Shown: positions 28,535-38,028 of the stretch, in pieces
Numbering within the stretch: the first letter of the stretch is position 1
How the letters are laid out: the number at the start of each line of letters is the position of its first letter
Sequence record: SRR22947725_333
DNA length: 64,000 nt
Reading direction: 5' to 3' (one strand)
The notes under the pieces: model-generated
Told to the model about the DNA's origin: nothing
Database searches by the model: none
What the model saw: only the letters and a program-made list of their open reading frames with translations
Position numbers and translations under genes: made by a program

Positions 28535-28934
28535 TCTGCAAACCTTCAATGATCAAAGGGGGGTGGTAGAGCACTATTCCTCGAACGAGCTCCCACTCAT
28601 TAGGCGTGTTTACTTTGTTTCACCCTCCACAGTGGGAGAGTTTCGTGGCTGGCATGGGCATAAGCGAGAGGCAAAAGTTTTCCGCTGTCTTGAGGGCGAA
28701 TTTGAGGTGTTTTTGGCTCAGGTTGAAGACTGGATGACCCCTCTAGCTGTCAGGACACTGAGATACCGATTGTCCGCAGCGGATGGGGAAATGTTGCTGG
28801 TACCAGGAGGCTACGCCAACGCAATTGTAAGCTTGGCTAAAGGTTCAAGAATGATGGTGATGTCGGACAAGACCCTGTCCCAGAGTCAAAGTGACGATTA
28901 CCGATACGACAGAGAATGTTTTCCTCTAGGTTAG
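28503..28934 (+). CDS. Cupin-fold sugar epimerase (RmlC/WxcM-like)
   Basis: FNDQRG, IRRVYFV, RGWHGHKRE, LLVPGGYAN, DDYRYD. Confidence 0.8.
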   Translation: MTETANPQLISLQTFNDQRGVVEHYSSNELPLIRRVYFVSPSTVGEFRGWHGHKREAKVFRCLEGEFEVFLAQVEDWMTPLAVRTLRYRLSAADGEMLLVPGGYANAIVSLAKGSRMMVMSDKTLSQSQSDDYRYDRECFPLG

Positions 28935-29072
28935 GCGGCATACAACTCTGGTTAGGGTCTCCAGTCAGTTGCACGATTACTTGCCAGCGACAGGGTCAAG
29001 AGGAATGGTGACGGGAAGCACGAATTCTGATAGAACCCCTGCGACAGCAACTGAGCTTCAAGGTGTTGAAAT

Positions 29073-32000
29073 TTGAGAATTCTCAACGTCAAGTTGCGCG
29101 GGTTTAAATCATTCGCGAGTGTCACAGAAATCCAAATCGATGCTGGAATTACTGGTGTCGTAGGCCCTAATGGATCCGGGAAGTCCAACGTAGTCGACGC
29201 TCTGGCCTGGGTAATGGGTGAGCAGGGGCCTTCAAGCCTCCGTGGCTCGAAGATGGAAGACGTAATTTTTGCCGGAACTGCTTCTGCCCCTCCGCTCGGC
29301 CGAGCCGAGGTAACCGTCACCCTCGATAACTCATCCGGAGAACTTTCGAGCCAATACTCCGAAATCTCGCTTTCGAGAGTCCTCTATCGCAACGGAGTGA
29401 GCGAATACTCAATAAATGGCGAAAAGTGTCGACTGCTTGATGTGCAGGAGCTCCTGAGCGATGCAGGTCTTGGTCGCGAGATGCACTCAATCGTTGGGCA
29501 GGGCCAACTAGATAGCGTCCTGAAGGCAACCCCGCTTGATCGCAGAGCCTTTATCGAAGAGGCCGCAGGAGTACTCAAATACCGCAGAAGGCGCGAAAAG
29601 ACTGAGCGAAAGCTTGAGGCAATGCAGGCCAACCTCATCAGGCTCCAGGATCTAATTGCAGAGGTAAAGCGGAATCTCAGGCCTCTCGGTAGGCAAGCAG
29701 AGACGGCCCAGCAGGCTAAGGAGATTGCAGCAGGCATTCGTGAGGCTAAAACACAACTACTGTCCCTCCAGTTAACCGCGCTCAGAGAGAAGCTAGAGCT
29801 AGCTTCAGAAGAAGAATCACGGCGTAAGTCGGAAGCCTCCATGACTCAAAGTCAACTCGACACTTCCAGACAGGCCGCTGCTTCAGTTGAGGCAGAACTA
29901 AATCAAGCGCTACCAGATGCTGCTAGATCAAGACTTTTCACCCTCGAGTCTTTAGAAACCTCTATCAGGAGCTCAAGGAATGTTGCGACTCAGAAGATCA
30001 ACTTGGCGATGGACAGCTCGGGGAACTTCCAGATGGAGCAGCTAGATTCCCTACAGCGTGGCTTGAAAGAAATCCAAGACGGCAAAGAAAAGCTCGTGAG
30101 TCTTCTTCAGGCAGCGACCGAGTCGCTGGCTGAAGCTTCAAAAAGCAAATCCGCAGCGATTGCCGAACTCGACGAATTTGACTCCGAGATTGAATCTCTT
30201 CGCTTGCAAGCTGAAGCTCACAAATCAGTCATGGCAAAAAGAGAAAATTATCAGAAGGCGCTTGAGCAAGCCATAAACCTCGCCACAGACAATCTTTCAT
30301 TGCAAAAGGGCCAACTGGAGAGCATCTCAATCGAACTCGAACAACTTCAGGCTATGCGGCAGGAGAGCGATGCCACTTCCTCGATTGCTAACTCTGATCT
30401 AAGAGCAAGGTATGAAGACTCTCGCAAAAAGGAGATTGAGTCCAGAGCATCAATTGACAAAGCTCGCGAGGAGCTTCACGAGCTAGAAAAGAAGCGCGAC
30501 TACTTGGCAGCCAGGCATGCGGCTCTGGGGCAGGTGCTGGAGAATCCAGATGGATCTGGAAACTTGCTCCGAGCAAAACTGCCTGGAATTGACAGACTGC
30601 TTGCTGATGCGATCAGGGTCAAACCCGGTTACGAAAAAGCCGTCGCGGCTGCCTTAGGTTCCCTTGCAAACTCTGTACTTGTTACCAACCAAGAGGCCGC
30701 CATCGCCGCACTAAATCACCTAAGGCAAAACGATTTAGGTCGAGCGGAGTTTATTGTTTCGGGGACGTCTTCGAAGGCCGCACTAAACAAGTTCGAAGCG
30801 ACGGCCTTGCTGTCAGTGGTTGAGGTCCCAGGGGAGCTTCAGGGGCTGCTTGAGAGCTTTGTGGTCGCCAAAGACCTATCTGAAGCAGAACAACTCCTCA
30901 AAAAAGACAAAACGGCCACAGTTGTGACCATGGATGGCGACTACCTCTCTACAAATCTCGTCAAAGGTGGGGGAGTATCAGAGCCTTCAAAGGTTGAGCT
31001 GATCTCAGAGAGAGCACGGATCTCCGAGGAGCTAGTAACAATTGGGAAGCAAATTGAGAAAGCCAGCGCCTCTTTGGATTCTCTTAAGAATGCTCAACAT
31101 GCTCTCAGCGAAGAAGTGGTTTCAAACCTAAATGAACTTCAAAGGCAGGATGCCGAATCGGCTACCAAGGCAGAGGCTTACGGAAGGCTCATCGCTCAAA
31201 TAGAGAGTGCTCAAGCTGAAAAGTCCCGACTGGAAGCATCGATTTCTCAGCTCAACGAGAAGATAAGAATTGATGGCGAGGAGCTTTCCGCTCTCGCTAA
31301 TGAACTCGAGGACAAAGAAGAGCCGGCTCTTCCGATAGACCCAAGACCAAGAGCCGAACTAGCCGAAAAAGTAGAGGCCTCTAGAGCGTCAGAGACGCAT
31401 GCGCAGATCGAACTGGGAGCAATGCGTGAGCGCCTTGCAGCCGCAGATCGTGAAGCGGCTGCTCTTGAGGAAAGGCTTCAACTGGCCGAGCGGGAAAAGG
31501 CCGAATGGGAGAAAAAACAACAGCAGCAGGGTGCTGAGACTGAAAAAGCTAGAAAAGTATTGGCAACCTGCGAGCTACTTATGCCGGTCATGGAAAGGCT
31601 CATCTCGGCAGCCAGGAGCGAGCTTAGGGAGCTTGAGGCATCGCGCCAGCAGAAGGCAACGCGGGTTACCGAACTCAGGGCTCAAATTACTGCCATGGAG
31701 TCTCGGTCACTAGAGCTGAGTCGAAGTGTCCAAGAGGCTGAGATGAAGACCTATGAGCTAAAGCTCCAACAGCAGAGCATCAACGAAAAGATTTTTGACG
31801 AGCTTTCATTGACCCCCGAGGAACTGCTCGATGACGCAAAAGATGCCGGTGACAGCGACGGCAGGTCTGAAGAGGAGCTGAGAAAAGCCATTAGGACCGC
31901 TGAGTCAAGACTTTCACAATTGGGTGCGTTCAACCCACTCGCCCTTGAGGAATTTTCCGCGCTAGAGGAGCGACACAAGTACCTCACAGAGCAGCTAGCT

Positions 32001-32522
32001 GACCTCAACAGTGCAAGAGCCGATCTCAAGGGCATCATCAAAGACCTTGACGAGAAAATGAACACCACTTTCCTTGCAGCCTTTGAGGACACCAAAAAGG
32101 CTTTTGAGGAGATCTTCCCTGTTTTGTTTCCTGGTGGTACGGGCTCGATCTCCCTCACCGAACCCGAAGAGGGTCAAGAGGCAGGAGTTGAAGTTTCCGT
32201 CAGGCCTGCTGGCAAGCGCATAGAGCGCATGAGCCTGCTGTCCGGTGGCGAAAGGTCACTGGCAGCCATTGCCCTGCTAATTGCCATTTTCAAGGCCAGG
32301 CCAAGCCCCTTCTATGTTCTGGACGAGGTTGAGGCCGCTCTGGATGATGCGAACTTGGGAAGACTCTTAGAGGTCCTTGAGACCCTTAGGGAAACCTCTC
32401 AGCTGATTATCGTGACCCACCAAAAGCGCACGATGGAAATCGCCGATGCTCTCTATGGTGTGAGTATGGGTAAAGACGGGATCACGAGGGTGGTCGGACA
32501 AAAACTCGACAAGGCCAGCTAA
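29073..32522 (+). CDS. smc: Chromosome segregation protein SMC
   Basis: GFKSF, GPNGSGKSN, long coiled coils with hinge, LSGGE, LDEVEAALD. Confidence 0.97.
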   Translation: MRILNVKLRGFKSFASVTEIQIDAGITGVVGPNGSGKSNVVDALAWVMGEQGPSSLRGSKMEDVIFAGTASAPPLGRAEVTVTLDNSSGELSSQYSEISLSRVLYRNGVSEYSINGEKCRLLDVQELLSDAGLGREMHSIVGQGQLDSVLKATPLDRRAFIEEAAGVLKYRRRREKTERKLEAMQANLIRLQDLIAEVKRNLRPLGRQAETAQQAKEIAAGIREAKTQLLSLQLTALREKLELASEEESRRKSEASMTQSQLDTSRQAAASVEAELNQALPDAARSRLFTLESLETSIRSSRNVATQKINLAMDSSGNFQMEQLDSLQRGLKEIQDGKEKLVSLLQAATESLAEASKSKSAAIAELDEFDSEIESLRLQAEAHKSVMAKRENYQKALEQAINLATDNLSLQKGQLESISIELEQLQAMRQESDATSSIANSDLRARYEDSRKKEIESRASIDKAREELHELEKKRDYLAARHAALGQVLENPDGSGNLLRAKLPGIDRLLADAIRVKPGYEKAVAAALGSLANSVLVTNQEAAIAALNHLRQNDLGRAEFIVSGTSSKAALNKFEATALLSVVEVPGELQGLLESFVVAKDLSEAEQLLKKDKTATVVTMDGDYLSTNLVKGGGVSEPSKVELISERARISEELVTIGKQIEKASASLDSLKNAQHALSEEVVSNLNELQRQDAESATKAEAYGRLIAQIESAQAEKSRLEASISQLNEKIRIDGEELSALANELEDKEEPALPIDPRPRAELAEKVEASRASETHAQIELGAMRERLAAADREAAALEERLQLAEREKAEWEKKQQQQGAETEKARKVLATCELLMPVMERLISAARSELRELEASRQQKATRVTELRAQITAMESRSLELSRSVQEAEMKTYELKLQQQSINEKIFDELSLTPEELLDDAKDAGDSDGRSEEELRKAIRTAESRLSQLGAFNPLALEEFSALEERHKYLTEQLADLNSARADLKGIIKDLDEKMNTTFLAAFEDTKKAFEEIFPVLFPGGTGSISLTEPEEGQEAGVEVSVRPAGKRIERMSLLSGGERSLAAIALLIAIFKARPSPFYVLDEVEAALDDANLGRLLEVLETLRETSQLIIVTHQKRTMEIADALYGVSMGKDGITRVVGQKLDKAS

Positions 32523-33686
32523 GTGTTTAAGTTCCTAAAGCGCCTAAGGGCTAAAAAAGAAGAACCCCAGCTGCAGCCAGAGGCAGTAGCGGCGGATGTA
32601 GTGCCCGAGCCCGAAGTGGAGGCGCCGGTTGCGCCTCCAGAGCCTGCCGCCGAGGTTCCGGCCAGCGTCACGAGCAAAGCCCCAGAGCCAGAAAAAGATA
32701 TCGAGCCAGAGCCGGTGCTCGAAACTCCAATCGACTCTGTTGTAGAGCTCGCCGAGGTGCCTGAGCAGATAACAGAGCCAAAACCGACGCCAGCGGTTGT
32801 AGAGGTAGAGCTTCCAAAGAGGTCACTCAGTGATGGAATTAGGTCGCTCTTTTCTTCAAATGTCGACATCGAAGATCTCGAAGACATCCTGCTGCTTGCA
32901 GACTTTGGAGTTGAGGCATCGGTCGAGATAACTGAGAGCCTTCGCAAGGCGGCGAGTAAGGCTGGTGTCACCTCCGATGCCGAACTCAGACTGCTCCTAA
33001 AAGAGCTGTTAGTTGAAAAGCTTCATCGAGATGATCTCCAACTCAACCTCTCGGATGGAAAGCTGCCCTATGTCTTCTTGGTGGTTGGAGTCAATGGCGC
33101 TGGGAAGACAACAACAATAGGAAAGCTCGCTAAATGGCTAAGGGATGGTGAGTGGGAGGTAGTTCTTGGAGCTGCTGACACTTTTAGGGCCGCAGCTGTC
33201 GATCAGTTGGCAACCTGGGCAGAGCGCTCAGGGGCTGGAATTGTCAGACCGGAGCGCGATGGGCAGGACCCGGCATCTGTTGCCTACCAAACCGTTGAGC
33301 TTGCGATAAAAAACGACGCTGACATTGCCATTGTCGACACCGCCGGCAGGCTTCAGAACAAGAAGGACCTGATGGACGAGCTGGGCAAGATTCGCAGAGC
33401 AGTCGAAAAGCAGGCGCAAATCAATGAAGTCCTATTGGTGATTGATGCCACCACAGGGCAGAACGCCATAAATCAGGCAAAAGCCTTCACCGAGGTTGCG
33501 GAAGTGACAGGAATCGTCATGACAAAGCTCGATGGCACCGCCAAAGGCGGCATTGTTTACACAATCCAGCAGCAGCTGAACTTGCCGGTGAAGCTGGTTG
33601 GAGTTGGCGAAGGGGTAAACGACTTTGCATTTTTCTCCGCCGAGGAGTTCGCAAACGGCCTCGTGGCAAGAAAAGCGGGAAACTAG
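32523..33686 (+). CDS. ftsY: SRP receptor FtsY with Glu/Pro-rich N-terminal region
   Basis: GVNGAGKTTTIGK, DTFRAAA, DTAGRLQ, TKLDGTAKGG. Confidence 0.97.
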   Translation: MFKFLKRLRAKKEEPQLQPEAVAADVVPEPEVEAPVAPPEPAAEVPASVTSKAPEPEKDIEPEPVLETPIDSVVELAEVPEQITEPKPTPAVVEVELPKRSLSDGIRSLFSSNVDIEDLEDILLLADFGVEASVEITESLRKAASKAGVTSDAELRLLLKELLVEKLHRDDLQLNLSDGKLPYVFLVVGVNGAGKTTTIGKLAKWLRDGEWEVVLGAADTFRAAAVDQLATWAERSGAGIVRPERDGQDPASVAYQTVELAIKNDADIAIVDTAGRLQNKKDLMDELGKIRRAVEKQAQINEVLLVIDATTGQNAINQAKAFTEVAEVTGIVMTKLDGTAKGGIVYTIQQQLNLPVKLVGVGEGVNDFAFFSAEEFANGLVARKAGN

Positions 33687-33751
33687 CCGGCTTTGGAAGT
33701 AATTCGAGTTTGTGCTGATTTAGACTTACAGAGTTTTCAAGGAGTAAATAG

Positions 33752-34078
33752 TTGACCTACGTAATCGCACTACCGTGTGTGGACCTCAAGGACAAAGCCT
33801 GCATTGACGAATGTCCCGTGGACTGCATCTACGAGGGCGATCGCATGCTCTACATCCACCCAGATGAGTGCGTTGACTGCGGTGCCTGCGAGCCGGTTTG
33901 CCCTGTAGAGGCCATCTATTACGAGGACGACCTACCCGGTGAGTGGAGCGACTACTACTCGGTAAACGTCGATTTCTTCAACGAGATCGGCTCTCCGGGA
34001 GGTGCTGCCAAGACAGGCCCAATTCCAGGTGACCACCCTCTTGTGGCAGAACTACCCCCAAACCAGCAAGACCAGTAA
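33752..34078 (+). CDS. fdxA: 7Fe-type ferredoxin
   Basis: CVDLKDKACIDECPVDC and CVDCGACEPVCP motifs; AAGGAG SD. Confidence 0.93.
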   Translation: MTYVIALPCVDLKDKACIDECPVDCIYEGDRMLYIHPDECVDCGACEPVCPVEAIYYEDDLPGEWSDYYSVNVDFFNEIGSPGGAAKTGPIPGDHPLVAELPPNQQDQ

Positions 34079-34092
34079 ACCTAAGGTTTTTC

Positions 34093-34121
34093 TTGGAAAG
34101 CAGAGACTTTTCAAGTAAGCT
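34093..34121 (+). promoter_or_regulatory. Putative housekeeping promoter for rpmF
   Basis: TTGGAA (34093-34098), 17-nt spacer, TAAGCT (34116-34121). Confidence 0.55.
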
Positions 34122-34210
34122 TTCGTGGGTTTGGAAGAAGGTTTAGCACCTTCAAACCACAAAGACTTTTCTCGCTTTCCACATAGAGCGGGCCAATTGA
34201 GGAGCTACAG

Positions 34211-34414
34211 ATGCCAGTACCAAAGAGGCGCAAGTCACGTGCTAACACTCACGCACGCCGTTCACAGTGGAAGGCAGAGCCAGTAACCCTGGTCAAGACC
34301 GTTGAGAATGGACAGACCGTCTACAGCCTTCCTCACAGGGCCAAGGTAGTTACCGACTCAGTCGGCACCGAGCTCTACATGGAATACAAGGGTCGCAAAG
34401 TAGCCGACAGCTAA
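34211..34414 (+). CDS. rpmF: 50S ribosomal protein L32 (cysteine-free type)
   Basis: [30 protein letters not shown]. Confidence 0.95.
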   Translation: MPVPKRRKSRANTHARRSQWKAEPVTLVKTVENGQTVYSLPHRAKVVTDSVGTELYMEYKGRKVADS

Positions 34415-34417
34415 CAA

Positions 34418-35089
34418 ATGTCTGACGAGCTGCTGGGGCGGCTCGGGGCTGAGATTTCACCCGAGCTTCTCAAGCTCGCCCTCACACACTCTTCTTTCGC
34501 CTACGAAAACGGCGGCTCTGACAACGAGCGCCTAGAGTTCCTTGGCGACTCAGTGCTCGGTTATCTGGTCGCCTCCCACATCTTCACCGCTCACCAAGAG
34601 CTCTCGGAGGGTGAACTAACAAAGCTAAAAAACGGCGTCGTCTCCGCCCAGGCTCTTGCAGTCGCCGCAAACCGCATTGATCTTGGCAAGTACCTATTTC
34701 TAGGTAAAGGTGAGGAGCAAACAGAGGGAAGGCGCAAAGAAAACATTCTCGCCGATGCGTTTGAGGCCCTAATTGGCGCTGCCTACATCCACTCAGGACT
34801 TGAAAACGCAGGCAAAATAATTAGCGCCCACATCCTCCCGCTACTTGACGACTCCGATGCCCTTAGAGAGTTTGCTGACCCAAAGACATCACTGGCTGTA
34901 AAGCTCAAGAAGCTAAATCGCGAAGCGCCCACCTACGAAATGTCCGAATCTGGACCGGAGCACGAGCGCGTCTATTTCGCGACCTGTTTTTCGGGCAAGG
35001 TGAGTCTGGGGTCTGGCTCTGGACGCACCAAGCGCAAAGCTGAGACCGATGCAGCACTTAGTGCACTGCGAACCCTCTCGGAGCTCTAG
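34418..35089 (+). CDS. rnc: Ribonuclease III
   Basis: ALTHSS, NERLEFLGDSVL, ADAFEALIGA, C-terminal dsRBD. Confidence 0.96.
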   Translation: MSDELLGRLGAEISPELLKLALTHSSFAYENGGSDNERLEFLGDSVLGYLVASHIFTAHQELSEGELTKLKNGVVSAQALAVAANRIDLGKYLFLGKGEEQTEGRRKENILADAFEALIGAAYIHSGLENAGKIISAHILPLLDDSDALREFADPKTSLAVKLKKLNREAPTYEMSESGPEHERVYFATCFSGKVSLGSGSGRTKRKAETDAALSALRTLSEL

Positions 35090-35985
35090 TGCCGGAACTA
35101 CCCGAAGTCGAGACAGTTCGTGCCGGTCTCGCAAGTCACGTAATCGGCGCTCTGGTAAAAGAAATCAAGGTCCATGACAGTCGCAGCCTAAAGCGCAACT
35201 TCTCTGGCCCTGATGGCTTCGTCAGCGAGCTAACAGGCGAGCACCTCCAAGGAGTGATAAGGCGCGGCAAGTTTCTTTGGTTGCCGCTAACTGCAACCCG
35301 CGCAGTTGTTTGCCACCTCGGAATGAGCGGACAGGTCTTGGTTAGGTCCAAGGACTTTGGTGAGGACAAGCTCACGAGAATCACCCTGCGGTTAGAGAAA
35401 CCAACCGGTGAAGAAATAGAGATGCGCTTTGTAGACCAAAGGCTGTTTGGCGGCATGCAAATTGATGATCTCGTAGAAACCGGTGGTAACTCTCCCGCAG
35501 GCTACTTTCCCGAGGGAGAGGGAAGCTCGTTGATACCTACCTCCGTCTCTCATATCGCAAGAGACCTATTGGACCCAAACTTTGATGCCGGGTTAGTGGT
35601 TTCTAAAATGCGCAAGCGAAACTCTGGGATCAAGAGGGTGCTGCTCGACCAGAACCTTCTTAGCGGCATAGGAAACATCTACGCTGACGAGAGCCTTTGG
35701 CGATCCAGGCTTCACTATGACAGGCCCGCCAGCGCAATCTCGGCCCGAAAGCTCAATGAGCTCATTGACGTCTCTCAAGAAGTCCTTCGCGAGGCGGTTG
35801 AGCGAGGCGGAACAAGCTTCGACGAGCAGTACAAGAACGTAAATGGTGAATCTGGCTACTTTTCCCAAGACCTCAATGCCTACAGCCGTGCAGGGCTGCC
35901 TTGTCAGAGGTGTGGCAGCTCAATCAAACGAGAGGCCTGGGCAAACAGGTCATCGTATTTTTGCCCCAAGTGCCAGAGGCGCTAA
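35089..35985 (+). CDS. mutM: Formamidopyrimidine-DNA glycosylase
   Basis: MPELPEVE, RRGKFL, HLGMSG, GIGNIYADE, C-terminal CQRC...CPKCQ zinc finger. Confidence 0.97.
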   Translation: MPELPEVETVRAGLASHVIGALVKEIKVHDSRSLKRNFSGPDGFVSELTGEHLQGVIRRGKFLWLPLTATRAVVCHLGMSGQVLVRSKDFGEDKLTRITLRLEKPTGEEIEMRFVDQRLFGGMQIDDLVETGGNSPAGYFPEGEGSSLIPTSVSHIARDLLDPNFDAGLVVSKMRKRNSGIKRVLLDQNLLSGIGNIYADESLWRSRLHYDRPASAISARKLNELIDVSQEVLREAVERGGTSFDEQYKNVNGESGYFSQDLNAYSRAGLPCQRCGSSIKREAWANRSSYFCPKCQRR

Positions 35986-35988
35986 AAC

Positions 35989-36327
35989 CTAAGAACGCAA
36001 CCTTGGAAACATAGCCACGAGTAAAACAATTGCTATCGACCCGTAAGACCACACATAGCCAATCGTTGTAGCTGGAATGAGCTTGTCTTGACCAAAGTCT
36101 TGGGCAAAGAAAAAGACCAGGGCTGTAACGGAGATGGCAAAAGCCCAAGACTCTGATTTCTGAGCCCTGAGAGAAACCGCATAGACAAGCAGCGAAAACA
36201 GCGCCATCCCCAGACCAAATGGCAGGCCGGAGAGGATGCTCTGGTGAAAGATGGTGCCGAGAACTGCAAACACGGCCCCTGCAAAAATACCTCTAAGAAC
36301 CAGCCCCAGTCTGCCCACTTTGCTCAC
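35989..36327 (-). CDS. Small membrane protein (resembles DUF6113-type actinobacterial proteins)
   Basis: Four hydrophobic segments; GTG start 6 nt after TAGTCT. Confidence 0.65.
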   Translation of the reverse strand: MSKVGRLGLVLRGIFAGAVFAVLGTIFHQSILSGLPFGLGMALFSLLVYAVSLRAQKSESWAFAISVTALVFFFAQDFGQDKLIPATTIGYVWSYGSIAIVLLVAMFPRLRS

Positions 36328-36389
36328 CAGTCAAGACTATTGGTAAGCCCCTAGATTAGGCTTTTGGCGGTAAGCGAAGGAGAAATGGA

Positions 36390-37880
36390 TTGTTCGACAA
36401 TCTTTCGGATCGCCTAAGCGGGACGTTCAAGAGCCTAAAGGGCAAGGGCAAGCTCTCCGCTGCCGATATCGACGAGACCCTCAGGGACATCCGACGTGCC
36501 CTGTTGGAGGCCGATGTCGCCCTCGAGGTGGTCAAGGACTTCATCGCAAGGATTCGCCAGCGCGCAATGGGGGACGAGGTCTCTAAGGCACTAAACCCCT
36601 CCCAGCAGGTAGTTCAGATTGTTCAAGACGAACTAATTGGCATTCTCGGGGGAGAAGCGAGGGAGCTCACATTCTCCAAGAACCCACCGACGGTTTTGAT
36701 GCTCGCAGGTCTTCAGGGTTCGGGTAAGACAACCCTTGCTGGGAAGCTCGCTAGGTGGCTAAAAGAGCAAAACCAGACGCCGTTGTTGGTCGCATGCGAC
36801 CTTCAACGACCAAATGCCGTGAATCAGCTTCAGGTGCTAGGTGAGAAGGTCGGGGTTCCGGTATTTGCTCCCGAGGCAGGTAACGGCTCAGGTGACCCCG
36901 TGGCGGTAGCCAAAAAAGGTGTCGAAAAGGCTAAAAAAGAGCAGCACTCTGTGGTGATCATCGACACTGCCGGTCGGACTGGTATCGACGAGGAGATGAT
37001 GAAGCAGGCGAGAGATATTCGCGATGCCACCTCTCCAGATGAAATGCTCTTTGTGATCGATTCAATGCTCGGTCAGGATGCGGTCAACGTTGCAAACGCC
37101 TTCAAGGATGGCGTTGGGGTAACAGGAGTGGTTCTGACCAAGCTCGATGGTGATGCGCGCGGTGGTGCGGCACTATCGGTTGCGACCATCACCGGGGCAC
37201 CAATTCTCTTTAGCTCAACAGGTGAGGGGCTAGAGGCCTTCGAGCCCTTCTACCCAGACCGCATGGCTAGCCGCATTTTGGACATGGGAGACATTCTCAC
37301 TCTTATCGAGCAGGCTCAGCGTGCCTTTGATGAAGAGGAGAGCGAGAAGCTCGCTCAAAAGATTGCCCAGGATCAGTTCACGCTGCAGGACTTTTTGGAC
37401 CAGATGCAGCAGCTGAAAAAGCTCGGCAGCATGAAGGGCATCATGGCCATGCTCCCGGGAGCCGGCCAGATGAAACAAAATCTTGAGGACTTCGACGAGA
37501 AGATGATTGACCGCACCGAAGCAATCATTCGGTCGATGACTCCGAAGGAACGCGAGCAACCCAAACTTCTCAACGGCTCTCGACGCATGAGGATTGCAAA
37601 GGGATCGGGAACAACGGTTACGGATGTGAATCAGCTAATGCAGCGCTTTGAGCAGGCCGCAAAGATGATGAAGACCATGGCTAAGGGTGGAGCGCCCACT
37701 CTTCCCGGCACTAACCCAGTGATGATGGGTGGCGCAAAGGGCGGCGGCTACATCGGCGGCAAGAAGAAGGACAAGAAGAAAAAGGGCTCCAAGAGCGGCA
37801 ACCCAGCCAAGCGTGCCGCCGAGAATGCCGGCCTCACCTTTGGCACTGACAACTCAAAAGGCAGTTCTTTCGGGCTTTGA
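36390..37880 (+). CDS. ffh: Signal recognition particle protein Ffh
   Basis: GLQGSGKTT, DLQRPNA, DTAGR, TKLDGDARGG, Met-rich M domain. Confidence 0.98.
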   Translation: MFDNLSDRLSGTFKSLKGKGKLSAADIDETLRDIRRALLEADVALEVVKDFIARIRQRAMGDEVSKALNPSQQVVQIVQDELIGILGGEARELTFSKNPPTVLMLAGLQGSGKTTLAGKLARWLKEQNQTPLLVACDLQRPNAVNQLQVLGEKVGVPVFAPEAGNGSGDPVAVAKKGVEKAKKEQHSVVIIDTAGRTGIDEEMMKQARDIRDATSPDEMLFVIDSMLGQDAVNVANAFKDGVGVTGVVLTKLDGDARGGAALSVATITGAPILFSSTGEGLEAFEPFYPDRMASRILDMGDILTLIEQAQRAFDEEESEKLAQKIAQDQFTLQDFLDQMQQLKKLGSMKGIMAMLPGAGQMKQNLEDFDEKMIDRTEAIIRSMTPKEREQPKLLNGSRRMRIAKGSGTTVTDVNQLMQRFEQAAKMMKTMAKGGAPTLPGTNPVMMGGAKGGGYIGGKKKDKKKKGSKSGNPAKRAAENAGLTFGTDNSKGSSFGL

Positions 37881-37903
37881 AACTAGCCAAATGGCGAATT
37901 TTC

Positions 37904-38028
37904 TGGCAGACTCTTCCCTTGTTCGAGCGTCTCGACCCTCTATCAAGACGTACGAGAAACCCTGAGAAGCCTCCGAGTGTGCCCCCACGCTCACGGTGGA
38001 GCCTCGCCCCTAAACTCACAGGAGAATT
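37904..38028 (+). promoter_or_regulatory. rpsP promoter (extended -10 TGGCAGACT) and structured 5' leader
   Basis: TG-N-CAGACT at 37904-37912; two stem-loops with C-rich loops (37923-37955, 37971-38001); AGGAG SD. Confidence 0.55.

Noticed and set aside
28991-29041. Possible SRP 4.5S RNA near ftsY/ffh
   Set aside because: Contains CAGG, GGAA and AGCA words, but not in the helix-8 geometry (CAGG, short stem, GNRA loop, short stem, AGCA)
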